Source: Promethearchaeota archaeon (lineage in GTDB: Archaea > Asgardarchaeota > Lokiarchaeia > Sigyniarchaeales > SOKP01). Taken from it: DNA of 38,919 bases. Positions 1-8,433 of the stretch are shown here, in pieces (the stretch's first letter is position 1; every line of letters starts with the position of its first letter). A program made the translations under genes and the position numbers. Below the pieces are notes generated by a model. The model saw only the letters and a program-made list of their open reading frames with translations. It was not told the origin of the DNA and made no database searches. The stretch spans positions 1 through 38,919 of the forward strand of contig JABCSY010000033.1 in NCBI GenBank assembly GCA_018238625.1. The letters are read 5' to 3'.

Positions 1-714
1 AGACTTACAATTATTAAATGAATTATCTATCAATGGTGCGATTCCAATATCAAATCCTTGGTCAGCTAATTTATTGAAATACATTGTTATTTCTGTGCCT
101 TTAATAATCTCTAATTGTCCTTTTCTTTTACATGAAGGGCAGTCGTAATTAACATGAGGAATTAACTTAAAGGCATTTTTAGGTTCAATGCCCATAACCA
201 TTAATTTGACTTGCGGATATTTTTTGCATCCGTTGGGAGCAGCAAGCATATTTGTAAATCCAGAAACACATTTCTTTATCATGCGAGTAGCATTATTTAA
301 TTCGTCTAAATCATTATTATCATACGCGTATTTATAACGTAAACATTGCGACGCAAGCGTATACCCTAGATGAAGATTTCCGTTATCTGTCCCGTGCCAA
401 GATCCAACTTCGCTATAAGTATCGTTAGTAAATGTAACATCAATACTAATGTTAGTAGGTACGTGCCATTTCTCCAACTGATAATCGTATGTATCTGCCA
501 TTTGATTTAAATAAGTTTGATTTCCTTCAATTTGATTTAAAGGTGTGAAGTAACTTGTATTTGGAGGGTCTAGATTTAAAGTAAGTGAAGCGAGATTGTC
601 TAGGATGCCAAGTCCAAAACCTAAAAAGATAGAAAAACTAATTAGCGGAATTAAAAATAAAAAAGTTATCGCGATATTTTTTTTAAAAAGATTTTTTCTC
701 GTTCTTATTCGCAT
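1..714 (-). CDS. Partial (runs off window) N-terminally membrane-anchored exported protein; last ~75 aa look like a glycosyltransferase fragment (possible chimera)
   Basis: Not in ORF track. Manual translation from ATG at 714 is open to position 1: MRIRTRKNLFKKNIAITFLFLIPLISFSIFLGFGLG (TM)...WHGTDNGNLHLGY...LAAPNG-CKKYPQVKL...FDIGIAPLIDNSFNNCKS. Confidence 0.75.
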   Translation of the reverse strand, partial: MRIRTRKNLFKKNIAITFLFLIPLISFSIFLGFGLGILDNLASLTLNLDPPNTSYFTPLNQIEGNQTYLNQMADTYDYQLEKWHVPTNISIDVTFTNDTYSEVGSWHGTDNGNLHLGYTLASQCLRYKYAYDNNDLDELNNATRMIKKCVSGFTNMLAAPNGCKKYPQVKLMVMGIEPKNAFKLIPHVNYDCPSCKRKGQLEIIKGTEITMYFNKLADQGFDIGIAPLIDNSFNNCKS

Positions 715-791
715 TTAAACCACATTTTTTAAAATAGTAATAAAAACATCTCACTTGTTTTGCTATGTATTAATTTTCACTTTCCTACTAT

Positions 792-1535
792 TTAAATTTT
801 TAAAAACTGAAGCCACGATGAATCATCTTTTAATTGTTCGTATTTTTTCTTCGCCCCAAAATCCCCTCTAAATTGATTTTTTTCCATCTTTACTACTCTT
901 ACTTTCCAGTTTCGCTCGTTCACGCCTTTTAAGATAGCCGTTGGTATTTCTATCTCGCCTCTTTCAGAGGGTTTGAGGATTTTTAAAATTTCAAAAATTT
1001 CCTTAGAAAAAATAAAGACCCCGCAATTATTTAGATTCGATCCGGACGTTCCCTTTGGCGGTTTTTCAACTATATTTTTGCAGATATTATCGTCACAAAA
1101 AACAGCAGCTCCTAAATGAGGGTCTTTAGTGTAATTTGCTACTAATATAAAATCGTACTTTTCTTTTAGATGAATATCATACACTTTTTTATAAACTTTA
1201 TAAGGTACTAAAATATCTCCCCACGTTAGGAAAAAATTATTTTTAGAAACTGAATCTTTACAGAGTAGTAACGCGCCTCCTGTGCCATTTAACTCTTTTT
1301 GTTCGATATATTCAATATTTACCCCCCATTTTTTACCATTTTCAAAATAGTCTATAATTTGTTCTTTTCGATATCCTACTACTAATATAATATCTTGAAA
1401 TCCAGCGTATATCAGCCCATTTAAAATATATTCTAACATAGGCTTTCCATGAAGAGGTATCATTGTTTTTTGGTATTTTTTAGTATAGGGATACAATCGT
1501 TTTCCATAACCGGCACATAATACAATCGCTTTCAG
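792..1535 (-). CDS. Sugar-phosphate nucleotidyltransferase (RmlA/GlmU-like NTP_transferase)
   Basis: Frame extends upstream of the track start to CTG at 1535, restoring the signature KAIVLCAGYGKRLYP..K; also EQKELNGTGGA, WGD, VEKP, ERGEIEI motifs. Confidence 0.9.
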   Translation of the reverse strand: MKAIVLCAGYGKRLYPYTKKYQKTMIPLHGKPMLEYILNGLIYAGFQDIILVVGYRKEQIIDYFENGKKWGVNIEYIEQKELNGTGGALLLCKDSVSKNNFFLTWGDILVPYKVYKKVYDIHLKEKYDFILVANYTKDPHLGAAVFCDDNICKNIVEKPPKGTSGSNLNNCGVFIFSKEIFEILKILKPSERGEIEIPTAILKGVNERNWKVRVVKMEKNQFRGDFGAKKKYEQLKDDSSWLQFLKI

Positions 1536-2635
1536 TACGTCTCAACTCCTTTACTAGTGTCTATAATAAAAGCTTCCCCGCCAGCATCTTCTATAACATT
1601 CCTAAGTAGTTGTACATTATTAGGCATTAAAGCAAACATCGTCCCACCGAACCCAGAACCGTTAATCTTTCCACCTAAAGCCCCAGAGCTTAAACAACTA
1701 TCGATAATTTTATTAATTTTATTAGTTGAAATTTGTATATTATCTCTTAATTGTTCTTGATGTAAATTTAATAGAAATCCTAGCTTTCGATAAAAATCAA
1801 CCATATTATTCGAGTTTTCTCCTTGTTTTAATAAAGAAAGTTGCTTATCAATCAATTCTTTTGCTTTATAAGTAATGTCTCTATTAATAATATTTCCTAC
1901 AATCTTTTTTTGATGCTCTTTTTTTAAACTAGGTAAATACGGCTGTATATCTTCTAATTTTGTATAAAATTGATTGAATTCGGGCATTATATTAGAAATT
2001 TTCTTAAAAGCATCTAAAGTTAGATTTTTTGTTCTAACCAAGTCATCTACCGTCTCTTTTTTTTCCATTGAATTTCCTAAAACAAACCCTTTCAGGTTGA
2101 GGTCATAAACAGATAAATCAGGTTTTGGGAGTATAGGTTTTAAAAAGATTAAACTTCCAAAAACCGAGCTAAAGTGATCCATCATGCCACCTCCTTCTTT
2201 AAATTCCTTTACTTCCGTATTATACCCCTCTACTGCTAACTGAAAGAGGTCTAATCTTGTATCACTTATTATGTTTAAAAAATATAACCAAGCGATCACT
2301 AAAGCTGAAGAACTGGCAACACCTGCGTTAATTGGGATATTCCCAGTAATTTTAATCCTATATCCTTTTTCAAACTTACTTCTTTTCCTGAGAAATTGAT
2401 TGTAACCACTAATTAAATAATCTCGATTTGAACCGTAATCGAGCTCTTTATTATTTAGCGATATCTCTACGAGTGAATTTAAATTAGGCATATTTATTGA
2501 AAATTTTGGCTCAGAAATTCTTTCTGCTTCTAAATAAATATACTTTGATATCGCCATAGAAATTATAGGATAATCCAAATAATCTTGATGTTCGCCAAAT
2601 AGACAAATTCTTCCGGGAGATTTAATTCGAATCAT
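1532..2635 (-). CDS. GHMP-family sugar kinase (galactokinase-like)
   Basis: PGRICLFGEHQDY, IPINAGVASSSA, GGMMDH, GGKINGSGFGG motifs; overlaps the nucleotidyltransferase by 4 nt. Confidence 0.88.
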   Translation of the reverse strand: MIRIKSPGRICLFGEHQDYLDYPIISMAISKYIYLEAERISEPKFSINMPNLNSLVEISLNNKELDYGSNRDYLISGYNQFLRKRSKFEKGYRIKITGNIPINAGVASSSALVIAWLYFLNIISDTRLDLFQLAVEGYNTEVKEFKEGGGMMDHFSSVFGSLIFLKPILPKPDLSVYDLNLKGFVLGNSMEKKETVDDLVRTKNLTLDAFKKISNIMPEFNQFYTKLEDIQPYLPSLKKEHQKKIVGNIINRDITYKAKELIDKQLSLLKQGENSNNMVDFYRKLGFLLNLHQEQLRDNIQISTNKINKIIDSCLSSGALGGKINGSGFGGTMFALMPNNVQLLRNVIEDAGGEAFIIDTSKGVETY

Positions 2636-2809
2636 TTTATTAAGAAATTACTAATTAAATTCAATTTTTTTAGTTTTGGGTATGATAATATAATACTAGG
2701 ATATTACTTTTTTTTTTCTTTTTTGGATATTAATTTTTATTGATGTTTTAATTATGATTTTACTTTAAGTTATTATAACGACCTAGATAAAAAATAACGA
2801 GTTTAATTT

Positions 2810-3559
2810 ATGATACACGATTTTTTAATAATCAAGGACGGGTTGCCATTATTATTTAAGAACTTTTCTAGTAGTAAAAATGTTTTTTCGCAAGCTGATT
2901 CATTATTATTGGTATCGGGTTTCTTTTCGGCGTTAAATTCATTTTCGGACTCGTTTGAGGATCTAGGGACGATAAGTGAATTAAAATTATCCAATAACGA
3001 TTTAAAATTGTCTTTTTTAAAAGATTCAAGCATCCCAAATTTACTATACATTGCTACTTATGACGAAAAATCTAAAGCCATAAATGTGCTAAGAATCCTA
3101 AGAAAAGTATCCCGTACATTTTTACAAAAATTCAACATCAATGAAATATTAAATTGGAGAGGAAGAACAAATGCATTTGAGACGTTTGAATGCGTATTAG
3201 AAGGCTTTAAAAAAGAAGAATTAGAAGATAGTGAATCTGGGTTCAAGGAAAGAATTGTTGAATTATTTAAGTGTGTAGAAGAAAAGCTTAATGAAGAATC
3301 CAATTTATACGCACTAAAAGGTAAATTAGATCCTTCGCCTGACTTACCGCATTATTGCAATCAAATTCCCCGTTTTACTATCACTAAAAAAATTAATCCA
3401 AAATATTTTTTGACTGGCGAAACTTCATGTAAAGTTTTTTATCAAATTAATGGGAAAAAATCAATTGAACAAATTGCAAACAGCTTGGATTTAGAATATT
3501 CACAAGTGTATAATATTTCTAAAAACCTAATCAAACTGGGCTTCATTAGCCTATCTTAA
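2810..3559 (+). CDS. Longin-like domain protein with C-terminal winged helix
   Basis: N-term FLIIKDGLPLL...LLVSGFFSALNSFSD..GTISELKL resembles Asgard longin domains; C-term INGKKSIEQIANSLDL....VYNISKNLIKLGFI is wHTH-like. Confidence 0.65.
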   Translation: MIHDFLIIKDGLPLLFKNFSSSKNVFSQADSLLLVSGFFSALNSFSDSFEDLGTISELKLSNNDLKLSFLKDSSIPNLLYIATYDEKSKAINVLRILRKVSRTFLQKFNINEILNWRGRTNAFETFECVLEGFKKEELEDSESGFKERIVELFKCVEEKLNEESNLYALKGKLDPSPDLPHYCNQIPRFTITKKINPKYFLTGETSCKVFYQINGKKSIEQIANSLDLEYSQVYNISKNLIKLGFISLS

Positions 3560-3561
3560 CG

Positions 3562-4506
3562 CTAATATTTAAAGATTTCAAAAATCCACGCTCGCCCGCC
3601 TGCTTTTTCGATAGCTCGAGCGACTTCCTCTTGCTTTCCAGGAGCGAACGCGAGCATACAACCGCCCCCACCGGCACCCATTTGTTTTGCTCCAAAAGCA
3701 CCAGCATTTTTAGCTGCTTTACATAATTTTAAAATTTTTTCTGTTGATGCTTCTAGGATAATTTCTTGTTCTTGCTGAATATCCATGTACGTTCCAAACT
3801 TTTTAAAATCGTTTTTTAATAGTGCTTGTTTGCCATTATTTACGCAATCCTCAATTATCTTAAAGGCGTTTAATGTTAGGGAATCTTTATTTCTGATTTG
3901 CTTTTTAATTCTATTTAATACTAATACAGCCTTTCTTTCTTCAATTGAATCCCCTACAACGATTGGTAGATAACTTATATCTAGCTGTTCAACTCCAGGA
4001 TTTTCATTAGTATGAATAAAAGTTATACCACCATGAGCTATGCTATATTGATCCATTCTTCCACATTGAATGCCTAAATCGTGATTCTCTCCCAAATATG
4101 CAAGTTCGGCGATTTCATTGTTAGAAAGGGCAAAAGAAAAAGCTTCGCTCATTGTTCGTAAAAATCCTACAGATAATGCTGCCGACGTAGATAACCCTAC
4201 GCCGATAGGAATGTCAGATTTAACTTCTAAAACAAACCCATGGGTAATTTTTTCTTTCAGTCGTTCATACAAAACACTCCAATAACCTAAATCATTATCT
4301 CTTGGAGGTGAATCACCCAAATTAAATTTAATTCTTTCCTTCGTATCATGGCTATAAAATTCAATTATGTCGTCAGACCTAGCTGTGTAATTAAACCTCA
4401 TCATTAAGTTTATTGCCATAGCTATAACAGGTTTTCCCAATAGATCAACCTTATCACCCATCAAGCAAATTCTTCCTGGAATTTCTAGACTTTTTGTGTC
4501 TTCCAT
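3562..4506 (-). CDS. GHMP kinase (mevalonate kinase/galactokinase family)
   Basis: PGRICLMGD, IPIGVGLSTSAA, GRMDQY, GAKQMGAGGGGC. Confidence 0.88.
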   Translation of the reverse strand: MEDTKSLEIPGRICLMGDKVDLLGKPVIAMAINLMMRFNYTARSDDIIEFYSHDTKERIKFNLGDSPPRDNDLGYWSVLYERLKEKITHGFVLEVKSDIPIGVGLSTSAALSVGFLRTMSEAFSFALSNNEIAELAYLGENHDLGIQCGRMDQYSIAHGGITFIHTNENPGVEQLDISYLPIVVGDSIEERKAVLVLNRIKKQIRNKDSLTLNAFKIIEDCVNNGKQALLKNDFKKFGTYMDIQQEQEIILEASTEKILKLCKAAKNAGAFGAKQMGAGGGGCMLAFAPGKQEEVARAIEKAGGRAWIFEIFKY

Positions 4507-4596
4507 TATTAGAATAAACTGATATTAATTTAGTATAAATAAATTTTAACAAAAGGATGTTAAATTAAATACTGTAATAATAACAAAATAAAAGAA

Positions 4597-4902
4597 TTAT
4601 GTTTGAACCCTTTTCTGGTGTTGCTTTTTTCTTTTTTTTTCTTTTTCGTCGATTTCTTCTTCGAGTTGTTTTAATCCAGGATCGTCTTTCCCTTCAAATT
4701 TGAATGTTCCAACAAGTTTGCTTTCTTGTCTTTCTCCTGATTTGCTAATTTTTTCAAATGTAATTATAACTGGTTTATTTTGGTTTAAAGCCATATTGAT
4801 AAAATTTATAAACCCACTATGCTTACTGGGGGCAATATTGAATTTAATGGACACTTCTTTGTCTTTTTTTGAAGTAGTCTTCAGAATTAGTCGTAATTTC
4901 AA
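4597..4902 (-). CDS. Hypothetical small basic protein
   Basis: 101-aa ORF with TTG start and charged tail, co-oriented with the downstream kinase; no recognised motif. Confidence 0.7.
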   Translation of the reverse strand: MKLRLILKTTSKKDKEVSIKFNIAPSKHSGFINFINMALNQNKPVIITFEKISKSGERQESKLVGTFKFEGKDDPGLKQLEEEIDEKEKKRKKQHQKRVQT

Positions 4903-5034
4903 TTATCGTCACGTAATTTTTTTATTGTATAATTGTATAATTGTTTTAAAATCTTTAAAATTATTAGATTAAAAAGATTATAAATATTAAAATTAAGTAT
5001 TATATATAAATAAAAAGAATTTCAAGAGGTCATA

Positions 5035-5826
5035 ATGTCTACTAATCTTTTTCCTTACAAATATCTAAAGGGACAGTGGTATCAAGCAGACGAGATCAAT
5101 GACAGCGACGTTGTTGTTGTCGTAGATACGTCACAAGAAACAATTTGGTTTCACGCGGGGAATAGAAGTACAGCTAGAAATCGGAGTGATGCTCGAGCAT
5201 TATTAGGCGATTTAATGGAGAAATATACTTCTTACGAATTTAAAAGAGTATCGAATGAAACCCCAGACGAGATTTTAGTAAAATTAGACGACCTAAAAGA
5301 ATTATACTATGTTAGAAGTGTAGCAAGTATAAATTATGATTTGAGAAAAGCATCTACTATTTATTTTTATTTGAATAGCATTGGTTGTCTACTATTAATT
5401 ATTTCTATATCTTTCTTAGGTCTCTTAATATTTAGTTCTGGGACATCATTAATAGATTCACATCTTCACTATTCAATACTTTTTGAGAATTTCATATTTC
5501 AATTTTCGTTTATTTCTATGTTATTGATAGCTTCTTTTTCATTATTTGTAGTTAGTACTTTAGTGGGAATTTTTTTAAAGAAAAAACAGTTATTTACCAA
5601 AACATTAATATCTGGAATATTAATATTTATAACTTTCTCTATAGTAAAAGTGTGGGATATATCGCTGTATTACGAAATTATAGGTCGGTTTATATATTTT
5701 AGGAACGATGTCTTAATTTGGTATGTCTTTTGTATTGAAATCCTTCAAATACTTGCGACGATAATAGGGTTCTATACTGGAATTATTAGTTTTAAAAAAA
5801 TTTATGAGAAGAACGATTCAAATTAG
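5035..5826 (+). CDS. Membrane protein with N-terminal gelsolin-like domain and ~4 TM helices
   Basis: INDSDVVVVVDTSQETIWFHAGNRSTARNRSDARALL fits the gelsolin-repeat pattern; hydrophobic segments from residue ~110; GAGG upstream of ATG. Confidence 0.6.
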   Translation: MSTNLFPYKYLKGQWYQADEINDSDVVVVVDTSQETIWFHAGNRSTARNRSDARALLGDLMEKYTSYEFKRVSNETPDEILVKLDDLKELYYVRSVASINYDLRKASTIYFYLNSIGCLLLIISISFLGLLIFSSGTSLIDSHLHYSILFENFIFQFSFISMLLIASFSLFVVSTLVGIFLKKKQLFTKTLISGILIFITFSIVKVWDISLYYEIIGRFIYFRNDVLIWYVFCIEILQILATIIGFYTGIISFKKIYEKNDSN

Positions 5827-5838
5827 CGAAAAAACAAA

Positions 5839-6480
5839 GTGAGTCTAAGAGCTATGGCTTCAAAATTTCGGCTTCGTAGAATATTTCGACCCTTTATTAA
5901 ATTATTAGCGAAAATTTTAAGCAAAATGGGTGTGAATCCTAATTTAGCAACGATCATAATGCTTTGTTTTTCTATTTTTAGTTTTTTTGCTCTAGTTTTT
6001 TTTTTTAATTTATTTTTTTTCTCAATATTCGTTTTTTTAGTGGGTATTTTTGATGGCGTTGATGGGGCAATCGCTAGGATAAAGAATAGAGCAACAACTT
6101 TTGGAGGCTTTTTTGATTCGATTATGGATAGAACGAGCGAATTTGTTATTTTTTTTGCTCTTTTGTTGTATTGCTGGAATTCTATATTATTATGGGGTTT
6201 TTTAGATATGAAATTAATAATTATCATTTCTTTTTTAAGTTCGATAATGGTAAGTTATTTGAGGGCCAGAGCTGAAACGTTTTACAAAGGAGATTTTGAT
6301 ATTGGGCTAATGGCTAGATCAGAACGGCTATTTTATTTGTTTGTTACTATGTTAATCGCGAATTTTTATGGATTCGTTAACGAGTTTTTATTTCTTTTTA
6401 TGATCTTAGTAATAGCTACGGTTTACTTTAGATATTTTAAAATTAAGAAACTTATAAGAAATTTCGAAAAAGGAGATTAA
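5839..6480 (+). CDS. CDP-alcohol phosphatidyltransferase (archaetidylinositol-phosphate synthase-like)
   Basis: DGVDGAIAR.....TFGGFFDSIMDR signature, NPNLAT, SYLRARAE, RSER. Confidence 0.93.
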   Translation: MSLRAMASKFRLRRIFRPFIKLLAKILSKMGVNPNLATIIMLCFSIFSFFALVFFFNLFFFSIFVFLVGIFDGVDGAIARIKNRATTFGGFFDSIMDRTSEFVIFFALLLYCWNSILLWGFLDMKLIIIISFLSSIMVSYLRARAETFYKGDFDIGLMARSERLFYLFVTMLIANFYGFVNEFLFLFMILVIATVYFRYFKIKKLIRNFEKGD

Positions 6481-6523
6481 AACTAAATTTCATTATACAA
6501 TTTAAATAGATTCTATCGCATTA

Positions 6524-7228
6524 CTATCTATTTTTAATTAATTCAATTATTAGTTTATCTCCATCTTTGAGGTGAAAATGATCTCTTAAATAAGGCTTCG
6601 CTAAGATCTCTATTATGTTTTTTTCGTGATGAGTTCTTTTAATATCTAATATAGCCGCTTTTCGGCGATTATTTTTATCATCCATTCGGGAGATGTACAC
6701 ATCATAACATATAACAGCCCCATATTCTCTACTTTGATCTTTAAATCCCTCAATCACAACTGGTGAGATATTTTGTAGTTTTTCACGTAAAATTGTGTTT
6801 GTAGTATCAGTTAATAATAAATTTAACGTACCTATATAAGGTTCAAAGCCTAATTTTTCTTTAAATTGATCGTAATAACCTTGAATGGCGACATAATATC
6901 CACCTTCATGCATACCTTCTACTACTTCGCCAACGATCAAAATTGACTCAAGGAGAGATTTCAAGTTTTTATAAACTGTAAGCATAACATTAGTTCCTTC
7001 TTTAGTTATTGATATCGTTTGTGATTTACCATCAGTTTTTCTTTTGATCCAATGTAGTTTAATTAATGCGTTAATCCTCCGACTCCCTGATTGTTGACTT
7101 AATCCTAGCATTTCACCAAATTTAATAGTGTTAATAGTAATCTTACGCTTATTCTTTGTTAATTGACAAAGTTGATAGAGAGCAAACCAATTAGCATAAT
7201 TTTCCTGTGAAATTTCTTCTTCAGCCAA
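6524..7228 (-). CDS. ribK: CTP-dependent riboflavin kinase with N-terminal wHTH (RbkR/RibK)
   Basis: LGLSQQSGSRRI HTH; GEVVEGMHEGGYY, LGFEPYIGTLN, RTHH, YLRDHFHLKDGD. Confidence 0.93.
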   Translation of the reverse strand: MAEEEISQENYANWFALYQLCQLTKNKRKITINTIKFGEMLGLSQQSGSRRINALIKLHWIKRKTDGKSQTISITKEGTNVMLTVYKNLKSLLESILIVGEVVEGMHEGGYYVAIQGYYDQFKEKLGFEPYIGTLNLLLTDTTNTILREKLQNISPVVIEGFKDQSREYGAVICYDVYISRMDDKNNRRKAAILDIKRTHHEKNIIEILAKPYLRDHFHLKDGDKLIIELIKNR

Positions 7229-7244
7229 TAGTCCACCAATAAGT

Positions 7245-7682
7245 TTATTTTTTAAATTGTTCTATAATTTTCTTTTTAATAAGACTAGAAGAGTGTAGTT
7301 TATATTTATCATAATAAGTGCCTAACCTTTTAACTGTTATGTGGGTCAGTCCTTTTTCTTTTAACCCTCGCTTTAGTGTTTCTAGATCGTATTTTTGGTC
7401 TGGGCCTAAGAGAATGATGTCCGGGTTTATCTCTTCAACAGTCTTAAGCGTATCGTTATCAGATCTTCCTAATCTAGCTTCTTTTACGTTTTTTATGTGT
7501 TTTATTACTTCTAACCTTTGTTGTTCAGGAACAATTATTTGATAATTTTTAAATTTTTCGGCGTTTTTATCTGTAGATACTATAACATAGACATCACCCA
7601 TTTTGGCAGCTTCTTGGATCAAGTATAAATGTCCTGGATGGAGCAGATCAAAAGTTCCAGCAATAAGTACTTTTTTAACGAT
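7245..7682 (-). CDS. ribL: FAD synthase (cytidylyltransferase family)
   Basis: Frame extends upstream of the track start to give VKKVLIAGTFDLLHPGHLYL (HxGH); PDIILLGPDQ, SSSLIK; directly upstream of ribK. Start uncertain (ATC 7682, or ATG 7692 with an indel). Confidence 0.88.
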   Translation of the reverse strand: MVKKVLIAGTFDLLHPGHLYLIQEAAKMGDVYVIVSTDKNAEKFKNYQIIVPEQQRLEVIKHIKNVKEARLGRSDNDTLKTVEEINPDIILLGPDQKYDLETLKRGLKEKGLTHITVKRLGTYYDKYKLHSSSLIKKKIIEQFKK

Positions 7683-7726
7683 TTTTTTTCATCTCGTTTT
7701 AGTATATTCAATTAAAACATTAATAA

Positions 7727-8347
7727 TTATGAAGATTTAAGACTTCTTTCCATACATCTTTTTAAATCATTCATTTGAAGGGAGATTGAAACGTCTCCTC
7801 TAGTTTTCTCTATTATACTTCTCGCTACATCTGTTTTGTGCCTTAAATCGTGAGTTAATCCAGAGGGATAATCAAGCGAAAATAATTGCGTGTAGATATC
7901 ATCCATACTTTCTAAAATATAGTTTAGATCGTCTATTATAGAATTTCTAATATTATCTAGAGCGTATCTTCGCAATTCTCCGATTACGTCAGCAAGCCCT
8001 AAAGCATAATTTAAAGGAGTGATGTTTAATTCACTAGGCAATGGAAGAGTCTCTTTTGAAATAATCGAATAAAAAGCGATAGCTTCTGCGTATTCTTGTT
8101 CTGGAGTTTTTATATACTTGGATAAAACGTCTGGATTATTTTTTACCAATAATAATAATTCTTTATGGTTCTGTTTGATATTTAAAATTTTTTCGCGATA
8201 TTGATTAAATTCTTTTCGATGGATATGTTTTATTGCAATACTACATTCCCGAATTAACTTTCTGGACATTTTAAGTATTTCTTCTCTATCTTGATCTAAT
8301 TTATCCAGAACTTCGGTCAATTCTGAGAAAATCTTATTAAGCTTCAT
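7727..8347 (-). CDS. Translin/Trax family protein (archaeal C3PO-like)
   Basis: REEILKMSR, EQEYAEA, YALGLADVIGELRR, LRHKTD motifs. Confidence 0.88.
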   Translation of the reverse strand: MKLNKIFSELTEVLDKLDQDREEILKMSRKLIRECSIAIKHIHRKEFNQYREKILNIKQNHKELLLLVKNNPDVLSKYIKTPEQEYAEAIAFYSIISKETLPLPSELNITPLNYALGLADVIGELRRYALDNIRNSIIDDLNYILESMDDIYTQLFSLDYPSGLTHDLRHKTDVARSIIEKTRGDVSISLQMNDLKRCMERSLKSS

Positions 8348-8433
8348 TCTTATAAATAAATAAATTTAATTTTAATTATAATTTCAATTTTAAATATAGT
8401 TAATTATCAAAAGGATAAAAATTTGATATAATC

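Noticed and set aside
5823-6227. 134-aa Lys-rich - strand ORF
   Set aside because: Antisense shadow of the CDP-alcohol phosphatidyltransferase
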